From Candidatus Fervidifonticultor sextus (GTDB lineage: Bacteria; Sysuimicrobiota; Sysuimicrobiia; Sysuimicrobiales; Humicultoraceae): 64,000 nucleotides of DNA. The stretch covers positions 1 to 64,000 of the forward strand of contig JAVKHQ010000005.1 of NCBI GenBank assembly GCA_031459875.1. Reading direction: 5' to 3'. Below are positions 49,681 through 59,524 of the stretch, in pieces. How positions within the stretch are numbered: position 1 is the first letter of the stretch; each line of letters opens with the position of its first letter. The position numbers and the translations under genes were made by a program. The notes beneath the pieces are model-generated. The model ran no database searches. It saw only the letters and a program-made list of their open reading frames with translations, and was not told where the DNA came from.

Positions 49681-51342
49681 ATGTTCCGAGAGGTGCTCCG
49701 CCGCCAGATCCGGGACGCCATCGTCCGCGCCATGGCGTCGGGGACGCTCGTCCCCGGGGACGTGCCGGAGGTGGACGTCGAGGTCCCCCGGGACCGGCGC
49801 TTCGGCGACTACGCCACCAACGCCGCCATGGTGCTGGCCAGGGGCACCGGACGGTCCCCCCGCGAGGTCGCCCGGGCGCTGATCGAGGCCTGGGCGCCGT
49901 CCTCTGACCGCATCGGCCGCCTGGAGGTGGCCGGACCGGGCTTCATCAACATCACCCTGGCGTGGCCCTGGCGCCAAGACCTGGTCGCGTCGATCCGCCG
50001 GCTCGGCGATGCCTACGGCCTCCAGACCGTAGGCGCCGGCCGGCGCGTCAACGTCGAGTTCGTCAGCGCCAACCCCACGGGCCCGCTCCACGTCGGCGCC
50101 GGCCGCAACGCCGTCATCGGCGACGTGGTGGCCAACCTGCTTGCGGCGCTGGGCTACGCCACCTCGCGCGAGTACTACATCAACGACGCCGGACAGCAGG
50201 TGTTGAACCTGGCGCGCTCCGTGGAGGCCCACTACTTCGCGCTCTTCAACCAGCCCAGGCCCTTCCCCGACGACGGCTACCGCGGCCAGTACGTGGCGGA
50301 CCTGGCCCGGACGATCGCCGCGGCCGATGGGGACCGGTGGCTTCGGGCCTCCGAGGAAGACCGGCTCGAGCACTTCCGCGACGTCAGCGTCGCGACCATC
50401 CTGGCCGACATCCGGGAGGTGCTCGAGCGCTTTGGGGTTCGGTTCGACGTCTGGTTCAGCGAGCGGAGCCTGATTCGCTCAGGCGCCGTGGACCGGGTCC
50501 TGGCCGACCTGCAGGCGCGCGGCTATGTCTACGAGGCCGACGGCAAGCTCTGGTTTCGCTCCACGGCGTTCGGCGATGACAAGGACCGGGTCATCGTCAA
50601 GCCCTCCGGCGAGTGGACGTATTTCGGGAGCGACATCGCCTACCACCTGGACAAGCGGGCCCGCGGCGCCGACCTGATGATCAATGTCTGGGCCATCGAC
50701 CACATCGGGGATGTCGCCCGCGTGAAGGGCGGGCTCGCAGCCCTCGGGGTCCCGGAAGACGCGCTGGAGATCATCATCTACCAGCACGTCCGGCTGAAGA
50801 ACGAGGGCGAGGCGCTGCGGATGTCCAAGCGCGCGGGAGAGTTCGTGACCCTGCGCGACCTCATCGACGCGGTGGGGGTGGACGCCGCGCGGTACTTCTT
50901 CGCCATGGTCTCCCCGTCGGTGCCCATGGACTTCGACGTCGCGCTGGCCCTGCGGCCCTCGCCGGACAACCCGGTCTACTACGTGCAGTACGCCCACGCC
51001 CGCATCGCCGGCATCCTGCGCGAGGCGGCCGCCGCCGGCCGTCAGGCCGGGGAGGCGCCGCCGCTCCATCGCCTGGAGCACGACCGCGAAGCGGCCCTGA
51101 TCCACACGCTGGCGGAGCTGCCCGAGGTGATCCGGACCGCCGGCCTGCGCCGCGAGCCCCACCGGCTGTGCGCGTTCGCCCGGGAGGTCGCCGAGGCCTT
51201 CCACCTGTTCTACACCCACTGCCGGGTCCTCACCGACGATGCGGAGCTGTCGGCCGCCCGCCTGGCCCTGGTCGAGGCGACCCGGGTCGTGCTCCGGCGC
51301 CTCCTGGGCCTGCTGGGGGTCTCGGCGCCGGAACGGATGTAG
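49681..51342 (+). CDS. argS: Arginine--tRNA ligase
   Basis: EFVSANPTGPLHVG (HIGH-like), MSKRAG, YVQYAHAR and C-terminal APERM. Confidence 0.96.
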   Translation: MFREVLRRQIRDAIVRAMASGTLVPGDVPEVDVEVPRDRRFGDYATNAAMVLARGTGRSPREVARALIEAWAPSSDRIGRLEVAGPGFINITLAWPWRQDLVASIRRLGDAYGLQTVGAGRRVNVEFVSANPTGPLHVGAGRNAVIGDVVANLLAALGYATSREYYINDAGQQVLNLARSVEAHYFALFNQPRPFPDDGYRGQYVADLARTIAAADGDRWLRASEEDRLEHFRDVSVATILADIREVLERFGVRFDVWFSERSLIRSGAVDRVLADLQARGYVYEADGKLWFRSTAFGDDKDRVIVKPSGEWTYFGSDIAYHLDKRARGADLMINVWAIDHIGDVARVKGGLAALGVPEDALEIIIYQHVRLKNEGEALRMSKRAGEFVTLRDLIDAVGVDAARYFFAMVSPSVPMDFDVALALRPSPDNPVYYVQYAHARIAGILREAAAAGRQAGEAPPLHRLEHDREAALIHTLAELPEVIRTAGLRREPHRLCAFAREVAEAFHLFYTHCRVLTDDAELSAARLALVEATRVVLRRLLGLLGVSAPERM

Positions 51343-51406
51343 GCCTGCCCGCGCCGCCCCGCGGCCGAGGCTACTTGCACGGTCCGGCGTGGTATGCTAG
51401 GAATAT

Positions 51407-51572
51407 CTGGGGGCAGTGTCGCCGGCGACTGGTGTGTGGTCGCCACCCGTCGTCACCATTCTCCGACCAGGTTTCAATCCAGGACTTCCGGGGTCGAATC
51501 CCAGACAGTCCATGCTCCACAGCGACAGGTCAGACGAGACGGGTAGACGGCCAGGAACCGCCGCGGCCCCGG
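51407..51572 (+). ncRNA. Candidate structured RNA (long irregular hairpin; 6S-like or structured 5' leader)
   Basis: Follows the TGGTATGCT extended -10 (51390-51398); nested stems gggg/cccc, acccgtc/gacgggt, gacc/ggtc and ggact/agtcc around a large internal loop. Confidence 0.35.
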
Positions 51573-51591
51573 CGGGGGAGGCAGGGCATTC

Positions 51592-53088
51592 ATGAACAGG
51601 TGCGTGCGCGCGGCGGCAGCCATCGCGCTGCTGGCGGTGGCTGCGGCTCCGGCCGCCGCCCAGATCTTCACGGACATGGCCAACCACCCCGCACGCCGGG
51701 CGGCGGAGCGCCTGGCGGCCAAGGGCGTCGTGACGCGGCTGCCGGACGGCCGGCTGGCGCCCGATGACCCGCTGACCCGGCTGGATGTGGCGGTCTTCCT
51801 GGCCCGGGTCCTGGGAATTCCCACCGGCGGCATTCCCTACCTCGACTTCCGGGACACCGATCAGATCCCGCCTGGGGATCGGGCCGCCGTGGCGGCCGCG
51901 TCGATCATGGGCACGGTCTCGGCGACGCGGGTGGAGATCCGGAAGGGGACCGTCGTCTACACGCTCACCACGAACAAGACCGTCTACGCGCCCGATGAGC
52001 CGGTGCAATTGAATTTCTCCATCGCCAACGAGGGGCCCGGCGTGCCCACGGAGATCCTGTCTGCCGACCGCGGCCGCCCCCGCGTGAGGCTCTCGGAGCG
52101 CGACGGGGCGAAGGTCGGCTACCAGGGCGAAGTCTACGTCGAGACCAGGACCCCCCAGGGCACCCGGCGCGATCGGGTGGCCCGCATCCAGATCAAGGAG
52201 TTCCGGCCGGACGGCGCGATCGTGGACATCGTGGACCAGGGCTCGGTCGAGTGGAAGCCGGGGCTGAAGGCCCTCTACCTCCAGGACGTCTGGTTCGAGT
52301 ACTCGTCCACCCAGTTCTACGATTTCGTGATCCGCGACGCGGACGGCAACGAGATGGCCCGCTGGTCCCTCAACCGGCCGTTCCAGCCCGTCGCCCAGCC
52401 CATCCCCCTGGCCGCCGGAACGGCCATCCAGGACGCCACGCGCTGGAGGCAGCTGGATCAGAACGACCGGCCCGTCCGGCCCGGGCGGTACGAGCTGGTC
52501 GCCGTCCACACCACCAAGGAGAACCCCACCGAGCTGTCCATCACGTTCCAGCGGGGGATCATCGCGCCCTTCCCCGACAACACCTTCCGACCCAGGCAGC
52601 CGGTGACGCGGGCCGATCTCGCGGTGTTTATCGTGCGGGCCATGGGGCTGGAGACCGAGGCGCGCCGCCGGACCAACGACCCCCTCCAGGTGGCTGACGC
52701 CCGTGACATCCCGGCCGAGGCGCGCGGCAGCGTGGTGGTCGCCCTGGAGAAGAAGGCGCTCCTGCCATTGCCCGACAACACCTTCCGGCCAGCCCGCACA
52801 GCCACCCGGGGTGACGCCGTGCTCGGGCTCAACGGGCTCATGGAAGCGCTGGGCCGCTACGACTACACCACGGCCACGCTGCGCGAGGTCCGCGGCGGCC
52901 CCCCGCCGGTCGTGGTCGTGGAGGACGCCAACAAGCAGATCCGCTCCCACCGGGTCGCCGTGGTGAGCGCCATCTACCGCAACGACCAGGTCGTCCTGCT
53001 CCTCCAGCTGCGGCCGGGGGACCAGCTCAAGATGCTCAAGCCCACCGACGCAGGCGAGGTCATGTACATCGAGGCGACCGGGAGGTAG
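51592..53088 (+). CDS. S-layer-homology (SLH) protein with a BsuPI-like Ig domain
   Basis: Signal peptide; SLH repeats (FTD..NHP, PDDPLTR, FRPRQPVTRA, FRPARTATR); BsuPI-like QFYDFVIRD..G.E..RWS...PGRY. Confidence 0.78.
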   Translation: MNRCVRAAAAIALLAVAAAPAAAQIFTDMANHPARRAAERLAAKGVVTRLPDGRLAPDDPLTRLDVAVFLARVLGIPTGGIPYLDFRDTDQIPPGDRAAVAAASIMGTVSATRVEIRKGTVVYTLTTNKTVYAPDEPVQLNFSIANEGPGVPTEILSADRGRPRVRLSERDGAKVGYQGEVYVETRTPQGTRRDRVARIQIKEFRPDGAIVDIVDQGSVEWKPGLKALYLQDVWFEYSSTQFYDFVIRDADGNEMARWSLNRPFQPVAQPIPLAAGTAIQDATRWRQLDQNDRPVRPGRYELVAVHTTKENPTELSITFQRGIIAPFPDNTFRPRQPVTRADLAVFIVRAMGLETEARRRTNDPLQVADARDIPAEARGSVVVALEKKALLPLPDNTFRPARTATRGDAVLGLNGLMEALGRYDYTTATLREVRGGPPPVVVVEDANKQIRSHRVAVVSAIYRNDQVVLLLQLRPGDQLKMLKPTDAGEVMYIEATGR

Positions 53089-53093
53089 CGGCC

Positions 53094-53768
53094 ATGGAGT
53101 TCTTCCTCGACACGGCCAACCTGGAGGAGATCCGGACGGCGCAGTCCTGGGGCATTCTGGACGGCGTCACGACCAACCCCACCCTCGTCGCCAGGGAAGG
53201 CCGGGACCACAAGGCGCTGATCCAGGAGATCTGCGCCCTCGTGCCGGGTCCGGTCAGCGTCGAGACCACCACCGCCGACGCCGAGGGGATGGTCCGTGAG
53301 GGCGAGGTCTTCGCCACCTGGGCGCCCAACGTGGTGGTGAAGGTGCCGGTGACCCCAGAGGGGATCAGGGCCGCGAGGGCGCTGGGGGCCAAGGGCATCC
53401 CCGTGAACGTGACGTTGGTCTTCTCGCTGCCCCAGGCGCTGATCGCGGCCAAGGCGGGCGCCCGGTTCGTCAGCCCCTTTGTGGGCCGGCTCGACGACGC
53501 CGGTAGCGACGGCATGCAGGTCGTTCGGGACATCTGCACCGCCTTCGCCCACTACAAGTTTGGGACCAGGGTGCTCGCCGCCAGCCTGCGCCACCCGGTG
53601 CACGTCGTCCAGGCGGCCCTGGCCGGGGCGCAGGTGGCCACGATGCCCTTCAAGGTGATGGAGCAACTCTTCAAGCATCCGATGACCGACGTCGGGCTCG
53701 AGCGGTTCCTGGCGGACGCCCGCCGGCTGGCCGCCGAACTCGAAGCGCGCAAGACGGCGCGGGTCTAG
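53094..53768 (+). CDS. tal: Transaldolase (small, FSA/TalC type)
   Basis: FLDTAN, GVTTNP, VVKVP Schiff-base Lys and SPFVGRLDD (Phe, transaldolase type). Confidence 0.9.
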   Translation: MEFFLDTANLEEIRTAQSWGILDGVTTNPTLVAREGRDHKALIQEICALVPGPVSVETTTADAEGMVREGEVFATWAPNVVVKVPVTPEGIRAARALGAKGIPVNVTLVFSLPQALIAAKAGARFVSPFVGRLDDAGSDGMQVVRDICTAFAHYKFGTRVLAASLRHPVHVVQAALAGAQVATMPFKVMEQLFKHPMTDVGLERFLADARRLAAELEARKTARV

Positions 53769-53798
53769 ACGCGGCCGTCGCGGGAATAGATCGGAGAG

Positions 53799-55073
53799 GT
53801 GAGCGTTGACGTGCCGATCGCAGAACTGGAGGCCAAGACCCTGACAGAGCTCCAGGACATGGCCAAGGAGCTCAACATCCCCAACTACCGGCGGTACCGG
53901 AAGCAGGAGCTGATCATGCGCGTGCTCCAGGTGCAGACCGAGGCCGCGGGGCTGCTGATCCGCTCGGGCATCCTGGAGATCATGCCCGAAGGGTACGGGT
54001 TCCTGCGGACCAACGGCTACCTGCCGGGCAACGAGGACATCTACGTGTCGCCCTCGCAGATCAAGCGGTTCGGCCTGCGGGTGGGCGACGAGGTGCTGGG
54101 GCAGGTCCGGCCGCCCAAGGACAACGAGAAGTACTTCGCGCTGCTGCGCGTGGAGGCGGTCAACGGGCTGGACCCCGAGCAGGCGCGCACGCGTCCCGGT
54201 TTCGAGCAGTTGACGCCGGTCTTCCCCCACGAGCGCATCAAGCTGGAACTGCCCGAATCCGACCTCACCGTGCGGGTGGTCGATCTGTTCTCGCCCATCG
54301 GCAAGGGCCAGCGCGGCATGATCGTCTCGCCGCCCAAGGCCGGCAAGACCACGCTGCTCAAGAAGATCGGGCAGTCCATCGTCCAGAACCACAGCGAGAT
54401 CTATCTGATGGTCCTGCTCCTCGACGAGCGGCCGGAAGAGGTTACCGACATGCGCCGCTCGGTCGAGGCGGAGGTCATCGCCAGCACCTTCGACCGCGCC
54501 CCCGAGGAGCACATCCAGGTGGCCGACCTGGTCCTGGAGCGCGCCAAGCGTCTGGTCGAGGGCGGCCGGGACGTCGTCATCCTGCTGGACTCCCTGACGC
54601 GCTTCTCCCGCGCCAACAACCTGGTCATCCCGCCGTCGGGCCGCACGCTGTCCGGCGGCCTGGATCCCGCGGCCCTGCACCGGCCGAAGCGGTTCTTCGG
54701 CGCGGCCCGCAAGATCGAGGAGGGCGGGAGCCTGACCATCATCGCCACGGCCCTGATCGACACCGGCAGCCGGATGGACGACGTCATCTACGAAGAGTTC
54801 AAGGGCACTGGCAACATGGAACTGCACCTCAACCGCAAACTGCAGGAGCGCCGGACCTTCCCGGCCATCGACATCAAGATGTCGGGCACGCGGCGCGAGG
54901 AGCTGTTGCTCACCGACGAAGAACTGCGCAAGGTCTGGGTGCTGCGCAAGAGTCTGGAGCAGCTCGACACCGTGGCCATGACCGAGCTCATCCTGGACCG
55001 CCTGCGCAAGACCCCCAACAACGCGGCGTTCCTGCGGTCGATCGTCAAGAGCTCGGAGGAGAACGGCGCCTAA
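53799..55073 (+). CDS. rho: Transcription termination factor Rho
   Basis: [38 protein letters not shown] and [10 protein letters not shown]. Confidence 0.97.
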   Translation: MSVDVPIAELEAKTLTELQDMAKELNIPNYRRYRKQELIMRVLQVQTEAAGLLIRSGILEIMPEGYGFLRTNGYLPGNEDIYVSPSQIKRFGLRVGDEVLGQVRPPKDNEKYFALLRVEAVNGLDPEQARTRPGFEQLTPVFPHERIKLELPESDLTVRVVDLFSPIGKGQRGMIVSPPKAGKTTLLKKIGQSIVQNHSEIYLMVLLLDERPEEVTDMRRSVEAEVIASTFDRAPEEHIQVADLVLERAKRLVEGGRDVVILLDSLTRFSRANNLVIPPSGRTLSGGLDPAALHRPKRFFGAARKIEEGGSLTIIATALIDTGSRMDDVIYEEFKGTGNMELHLNRKLQERRTFPAIDIKMSGTRREELLLTDEELRKVWVLRKSLEQLDTVAMTELILDRLRKTPNNAAFLRSIVKSSEENGA

Positions 55074-55279
55074 ACTCCCAGGCCTCCCCCATGGGGCGCA
55101 CCTCGACGCCCGGCAGGAGGACGCGGCCGGGCGTCGAATACTAGTGGCACTCCGCAGCAGGCTGGTTCGTCTGGGTTTCCTCGCACGACCGCACGCCGCC
55201 CGCGCGTGCGCAACATGCCGGTCGAATATCCAGCCCGGCGCAGGCCGGTGCGTCTGGCTGGGACAGGTAGGAGGCAGCA

Positions 55280-56353
55280 TTGCGCACAGCGGCACGGCTG
55301 GCGTGCGTGGCGGTGGTCCTGGCGCTGGCGACGGCGCTGGGGGTGCCGGAGCCGGTGGCCTCCCAGCCTCCGGTGCGATCCAGGGCCGATCGGACAGTCG
55401 TCCAGCCGCTGCACGACCTCTCGGCGCTCCACCCGCCGGTGGCCCGCGACGGCCGGCTGGTGTCGGCTGGGGCGCGGCCCCGGGGCCCGGTCGCCGGCGC
55501 TCCCGGAATCGGGGTCCCGCGGGCCAGCGCCCTCCCGGCGCGTGTCACGCCGCCGCGGGTCCACACCGTGCGCAGCGGCGACACCCTGTGGGGCATCGCC
55601 AGGCGGTACGGGGTCACAGTGGAACGCCTGGCCGAAGCAAACCGAATCCAGGCGACCTCGACGCTGGCGACGGGGCGGTCCCTGGTGATTCCGCCCCAGG
55701 GAGGCGGGCAGGCCCCCGCAGCCCGGGCGACCTCGCGGCCTGCGCCGCCGCGTCCCGCACCCGTCACCCATATCGTCCAGCCGGGCGACACGTTGTGGGA
55801 CATCGCCAGCCGGTACGGGACGCGCGTGGAAGACCTGATGGCCTACAACGACCTGGGCGACTCCGAGTGGATCAGGCCCGGCCAGCGGTTGATCATCTCG
55901 GGCCGCGCGCTCCCCAGGCACCGCCAGGTGGCCGCGCAGTCTCGCAGCGCCCGCCGGGCGCCGGCGGGGGAGATCGAGGCGCTGGCCGGGGGCCTGGCCT
56001 GGCCCGCGCGCGGGACCCTCACCTCGCGGTTCGGCTGGCGGTACCGGCGCCACCACGACGGGATTGACATCGCCAGTCCCCGCGGGACGCCGATCTTTGC
56101 CGCGCGCGACGGCGTGGTGGAGTTCGCGGGGTGGAAGGCCGGGTACGGCCGCGTCGTCATCGTCAGCCACGGGGGCGGTCTGGTGACGGTCTACGGACAC
56201 GCGTCGAGCCTGCTCGTTAAAGCCGGCGAGTCGGTCAGGAAGGGCCAGGTGATCGCGCGCGTCGGCTGCACCGGTTCCTGCACCGGGTCGCACCTCCACT
56301 TCGAAGTCCGCCACAACGGCCGACCGATCAACCCGCTGCCCTACCTGCAGTAG
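55280..56353 (+). CDS. LysM x2 + M23 peptidoglycan endopeptidase
   Basis: Two LysM repeats (GDTLWGIA, GDTLWDIA), HDGID and HLHFEV; TTG start after AGGAGG. Confidence 0.9.
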   Translation: MRTAARLACVAVVLALATALGVPEPVASQPPVRSRADRTVVQPLHDLSALHPPVARDGRLVSAGARPRGPVAGAPGIGVPRASALPARVTPPRVHTVRSGDTLWGIARRYGVTVERLAEANRIQATSTLATGRSLVIPPQGGGQAPAARATSRPAPPRPAPVTHIVQPGDTLWDIASRYGTRVEDLMAYNDLGDSEWIRPGQRLIISGRALPRHRQVAAQSRSARRAPAGEIEALAGGLAWPARGTLTSRFGWRYRRHHDGIDIASPRGTPIFAARDGVVEFAGWKAGYGRVVIVSHGGGLVTVYGHASSLLVKAGESVRKGQVIARVGCTGSCTGSHLHFEVRHNGRPINPLPYLQ

Positions 56354-56404
56354 TCCATCGAAGCCCCGCCTGCCGTCGGGTGCCTCGACGGCCCAGGGGT
56401 GGTC

Positions 56405-56413
56405 TGGTATACT
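56405..56413 (+). promoter_or_regulatory. Extended -10 promoter for rpmE
   Basis: TGGTATACT about 40 nt upstream of the ATG. Confidence 0.55.
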
Positions 56414-56452
56414 CCGGGTGTTGCCATTTGCGACTTTCCGAGGAGCGGTTCC

Positions 56453-56656
56453 ATGAAGGCCGGGATCCACCCTGAGTACCACCAGGCCCGCGTCACCTGC
56501 GCGTGCGGCGAGACCTTTGTCACCGGGTCGACCAAGAAGTCAATCCGGGTGGAGATCTGCTCGAAGTGCCATCCTTTCTACACGGGCCAGCGCAAGTTCG
56601 TTGACGCCGAGGGCCGCGTGCAGAAGTTCGCCCGCAAGTACGGCCTGAAGGTCTAG
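56453..56656 (+). CDS. rpmE: 50S ribosomal protein L31, zinc-binding type
   Basis: [13 protein letters not shown] and [10 protein letters not shown]. Confidence 0.96.
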   Translation: MKAGIHPEYHQARVTCACGETFVTGSTKKSIRVEICSKCHPFYTGQRKFVDAEGRVQKFARKYGLKV

Positions 56657-56667
56657 CCTGGCCCGAA

Positions 56668-57468
56668 CTACTGCCGATCCAGCCACGCGAAAAAGTCTTT
56701 CTCGAACTCTTCCACCGGGCGACCGAAGACGGCCTCAAACTGGGTCGGGAAGACCGTGTCACCCGGCGCATAGAGCGCGATGATCTTGGGCCACCCGGCG
56801 GTCTCGTGCAGGTAGATGCCCAGGGCTGCCGCGATGCGATAGAAATCCCCCAACGTCCTCGCATCCGGCGTCCCGATTCCGATCTGCCGGATGGAGAAGG
56901 CAGGCTGGTTCTTCCTGGCCTGCTGGGACCGGGGGAGTTGCGTGGCCTTCACGTACGCCGGAAAGTTAATGACCCTCCGTTCGTCCATGACCTTCAGCTT
57001 GTGTAGCTCGGCCGGCCCTTCCCAGAAAGCAAAGGGAGTTCTGCGGCGATCCATCCGCGACTGGCGCTGGTACAGGTGGAACATCTCGTGCGGGACGGTC
57101 CACCAAACCTGCAGGTCGGGCCGCGCGGTATAACTGCGAATGTACTCGAGGTTCAACGCGAAGGCCCCCAGGGCCGACTGACCGCTGTAGAGGTGGGATC
57201 GCCGCTCCGCGGTCGGCCGGTCGAACAACCCGAACTCCACGAGGACGTCGGCGAAGTCGGCCTTTGTGGCGCAGAGGTAGGCCTTTGGGGGCCCATCCAG
57301 CACCACGCCGAGCCTCCTCAGAGACGCCAGGCTGTGCAGCGTCGCCTGCTGGACGGCCTGGACCACGGCGGGCTCCACCTGGCCGCGCTGCACGATCTCG
57401 AACGGCAGTTGGGCGAGGGTCGGGTGGAGTGCCAGGGTCGTGGCGATTGCGCACACCACCAGGCTCAA
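56668..57468 (-). CDS. Secreted gluzincin-type (peptidase MA-like) metalloprotease; true start may be 57510
   Basis: HEMFH followed by PFAFWEGPAE; hydrophobic N-terminus. Confidence 0.65.
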   Translation of the reverse strand: MSLVVCAIATTLALHPTLAQLPFEIVQRGQVEPAVVQAVQQATLHSLASLRRLGVVLDGPPKAYLCATKADFADVLVEFGLFDRPTAERRSHLYSGQSALGAFALNLEYIRSYTARPDLQVWWTVPHEMFHLYQRQSRMDRRRTPFAFWEGPAELHKLKVMDERRVINFPAYVKATQLPRSQQARKNQPAFSIRQIGIGTPDARTLGDFYRIAAALGIYLHETAGWPKIIALYAPGDTVFPTQFEAVFGRPVEEFEKDFFAWLDRQ

Positions 57469-57701
57469 GGAGCGGCGGTGGGTCAGTCTTCTTGAGTCGT
57501 GCGTGATCGTAGGAAGTCCCCCCTCCGGTGTGACGTCGCGTTCTACGTCCTCCGGTCTACGGCGCCTCCAGGCGAGCCGCGACGGATTCCGGAACGGGGT
57601 TCGTAAGTTGCAGGCTGAAGGCCCGCGACGAGCCAGGGCAGGATCGCCTGGCTGATTCCGTCCGCCATCATCGCCCCATCGGCCATCGCCGCGTGGCGCC
57701 G

Positions 57702-57751
57702 CCGGACCCCGCCAGTCCTGAGGGGGGCCCTGCCAGACGGGCGGGGTCCGG
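57702..57751. terminator. Inverted repeat downstream of the PCuAC gene
   Basis: 12-bp stem ccggaccccgcc/ggcggggtccgg. Confidence 0.45.
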
Positions 57752-57758
57752 TCGCCGC

Positions 57759-58274
57759 CTACGGCGCCGACATGCGCACGGGTACCGAGATGGCCACCGC
57801 TCCCGCCCGCTCGAAGTGCAGCGTCACGGCGAGCCGCTCCCCCTCTTTGAGGTCGCGCTTGAGTCCCAGCAGCATGATGTGGAGCCCACCCGGACGCAGC
57901 TGCGCCCGTCCGCGAGCAGGGACCACGATGGCCGGCACCTTGTGCATGCGACTCATGCCGCCCTCCATGCGCGTCTCATGGAGTTCCACCGCGGCGGCGA
58001 CCCCGGCGTCGGCGCGCAACAGCCGGTCAGCCTGCGAGCCGGTGTTGTGAATGACCATGTAGATCGCCGAGGCGCCAGGTCCCATCTCCGTGCCTTTCCC
58101 ATGGACACCGGCGGGTGCCGCGACGCCCGGCCGTGCCCAGGCCTTCTCGATCCTGATCGATGACGCAGGCGACGCGGCATCGCCCGAGATGGTGGCGGCT
58201 CCGATAAACACGGCAGCGGCAACGAGGGGCGCACCCGAGAGCCACAGGTGCCTCATCTGACGTGACAGGTACAT
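57759..58274 (-). CDS. Copper chaperone PCu(A)C
   Basis: AWAR, ELHET...MSRM and PGGLHIML motifs. Confidence 0.9.
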   Translation of the reverse strand: MYLSRQMRHLWLSGAPLVAAAVFIGAATISGDAASPASSIRIEKAWARPGVAAPAGVHGKGTEMGPGASAIYMVIHNTGSQADRLLRADAGVAAAVELHETRMEGGMSRMHKVPAIVVPARGRAQLRPGGLHIMLLGLKRDLKEGERLAVTLHFERAGAVAISVPVRMSAP

Positions 58275-58328
58275 CTCTGGATCACTCCTTTGCCAATCGG
58301 TCGCGACGCGAAGTCGGGCGTGTTGCAT

Positions 58329-58913
58329 CTAGTGCCTGAGCAGCTGACGGACGTCGTGTGCCACGTCGGCCGCGGTGGCCTCGTGGCTCACATTCAGACG
58401 CCAGCGTCCCTCCCGGTCGATGACGGGGACGTTCGTCGAGTGCGCTATGAGGTACCCCGCTGCGCTGTTGCGTACCGGGACCTTCTGGAACGCGGCGCCG
58501 AAGAATCGGTAGGTCGCGGCCAACAGATGCGGGGGGCCTGTCAGACCTACGAACTCGGGGCTGAACAGACGGAGGTACCGGTCGAGGAACGCCGGGGTGT
58601 CAACCTCGGGGTCGAGCGTGATGAACACGAAGCGGACTCGCGCGGCGTCCGTCCCCAGTATCTTGGCGACGTCCCGGAACATCCCCAGGGTGAGCGGACA
58701 GACGTCCGGGCACCTGGTGTAGCCAAAGAAGACCAGGACGACGCGCCCCCGTTGCTCGGCGAGGTTGAACGGCCGCCCGTGCTGGTCGCTCAGCACGAGC
58801 CTCGGGACCGGGCGCGCAGGGTCGAGTTCGCGGGCTCGGAAGCTTGGGCGGTGGCACGCGGAGAGGAGCAGCACGGCCAAGCCGCTGGCGATCCATCTGA
58901 TCCATCGGGCCAT
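58329..58913 (-). CDS. SCO-family copper protein (lipoprotein)
   Basis: Lipobox LLSAC, FGYTRCPDVCP, DPEVDT and the His ligand in IAHS. Confidence 0.92.
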   Translation of the reverse strand: MARWIRWIASGLAVLLLSACHRPSFRARELDPARPVPRLVLSDQHGRPFNLAEQRGRVVLVFFGYTRCPDVCPLTLGMFRDVAKILGTDAARVRFVFITLDPEVDTPAFLDRYLRLFSPEFVGLTGPPHLLAATYRFFGAAFQKVPVRNSAAGYLIAHSTNVPVIDREGRWRLNVSHEATAADVAHDVRQLLRH

Positions 58914-59008
58914 AACTAGCCTCCCGCGAAAGGTGTCTACCACGACGCCGCACCGCAACACGCCGGGAGTCGACGGCGTGGAGTGGCGGGCCGCAGTGGT
59001 GAGTCGGA

Positions 59009-59524
59009 TTAGGCTGGGCGGTGGGCTCGAGGCGGAGGGTCCGGAACGGGGAGGGGGATGGGCATGAGGCCCGGCGAGACCGGGCGGGCGACCCGTTCGG
59101 TCGGCGGTGGCGCTCCCGGCATCACTGTCGCTGGCGCCGTGGCGACGGCCAGGCCCGAGACGCTGAGGACCTGCGCGCCATGGGCGGTCCCGGGAAGGAC
59201 GGACACGACACGCGGCAGTTCAGAAATTCGTCGGCTGCCGTGCGGGGGCCACGCCGCGCTCTTCCCGTTCTCACCATGATGTCCGGGGGATCCGCGCTGC
59301 CGGTCGTGGCCGTGGCGACGGTGGTGGGCGAGCGCGTCGGCGCGCTGCGCAGGCGTACCGCCGATCACCACGTGCAGGTGGTACGGGTCGCGCTCCACCG
59401 CCTGCGTGTCGGCGACCGGGACGATCAGTCGCAAGACCATCGCCGGCAACGCAACCGCGGCCACAACCAGGAACGGACCCGGACGGCTTGAGCGATCTGC
59501 CGGCGCCGCGCGACATGGGAACAT
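59009..59524 (-). CDS. Hypothetical His-rich membrane-anchored protein
   Basis: TM segment, YHLHVVIGG...HHRRHGH and C-terminal PDPPPR; lies upstream of SCO; start uncertain. Confidence 0.5.
   Translation of the reverse strand: MFPCRAAPADRSSRPGPFLVVAAVALPAMVLRLIVPVADTQAVERDPYHLHVVIGGTPAQRADALAHHRRHGHDRQRGSPGHHGENGKSAAWPPHGSRRISELPRVVSVLPGTAHGAQVLSVSGLAVATAPATVMPGAPPPTERVARPVSPGLMPIPLPVPDPPPRAHRPA

Noticed and set aside
51410..51520. tRNA-Sec or tmRNA
   Set aside because: Only partial resemblance (ctggtg, ttcaatcc, gtcgaatccc); no consistent cloverleaf or anticodon stem, and far too short for tmRNA
57560..57660. c-di-AMP riboswitch (GGAACGGGG inside the ccaggcga/tcgcctgg inverted repeat)
   Set aside because: Other consensus elements are missing and the orientation is opposite to the adjacent genes
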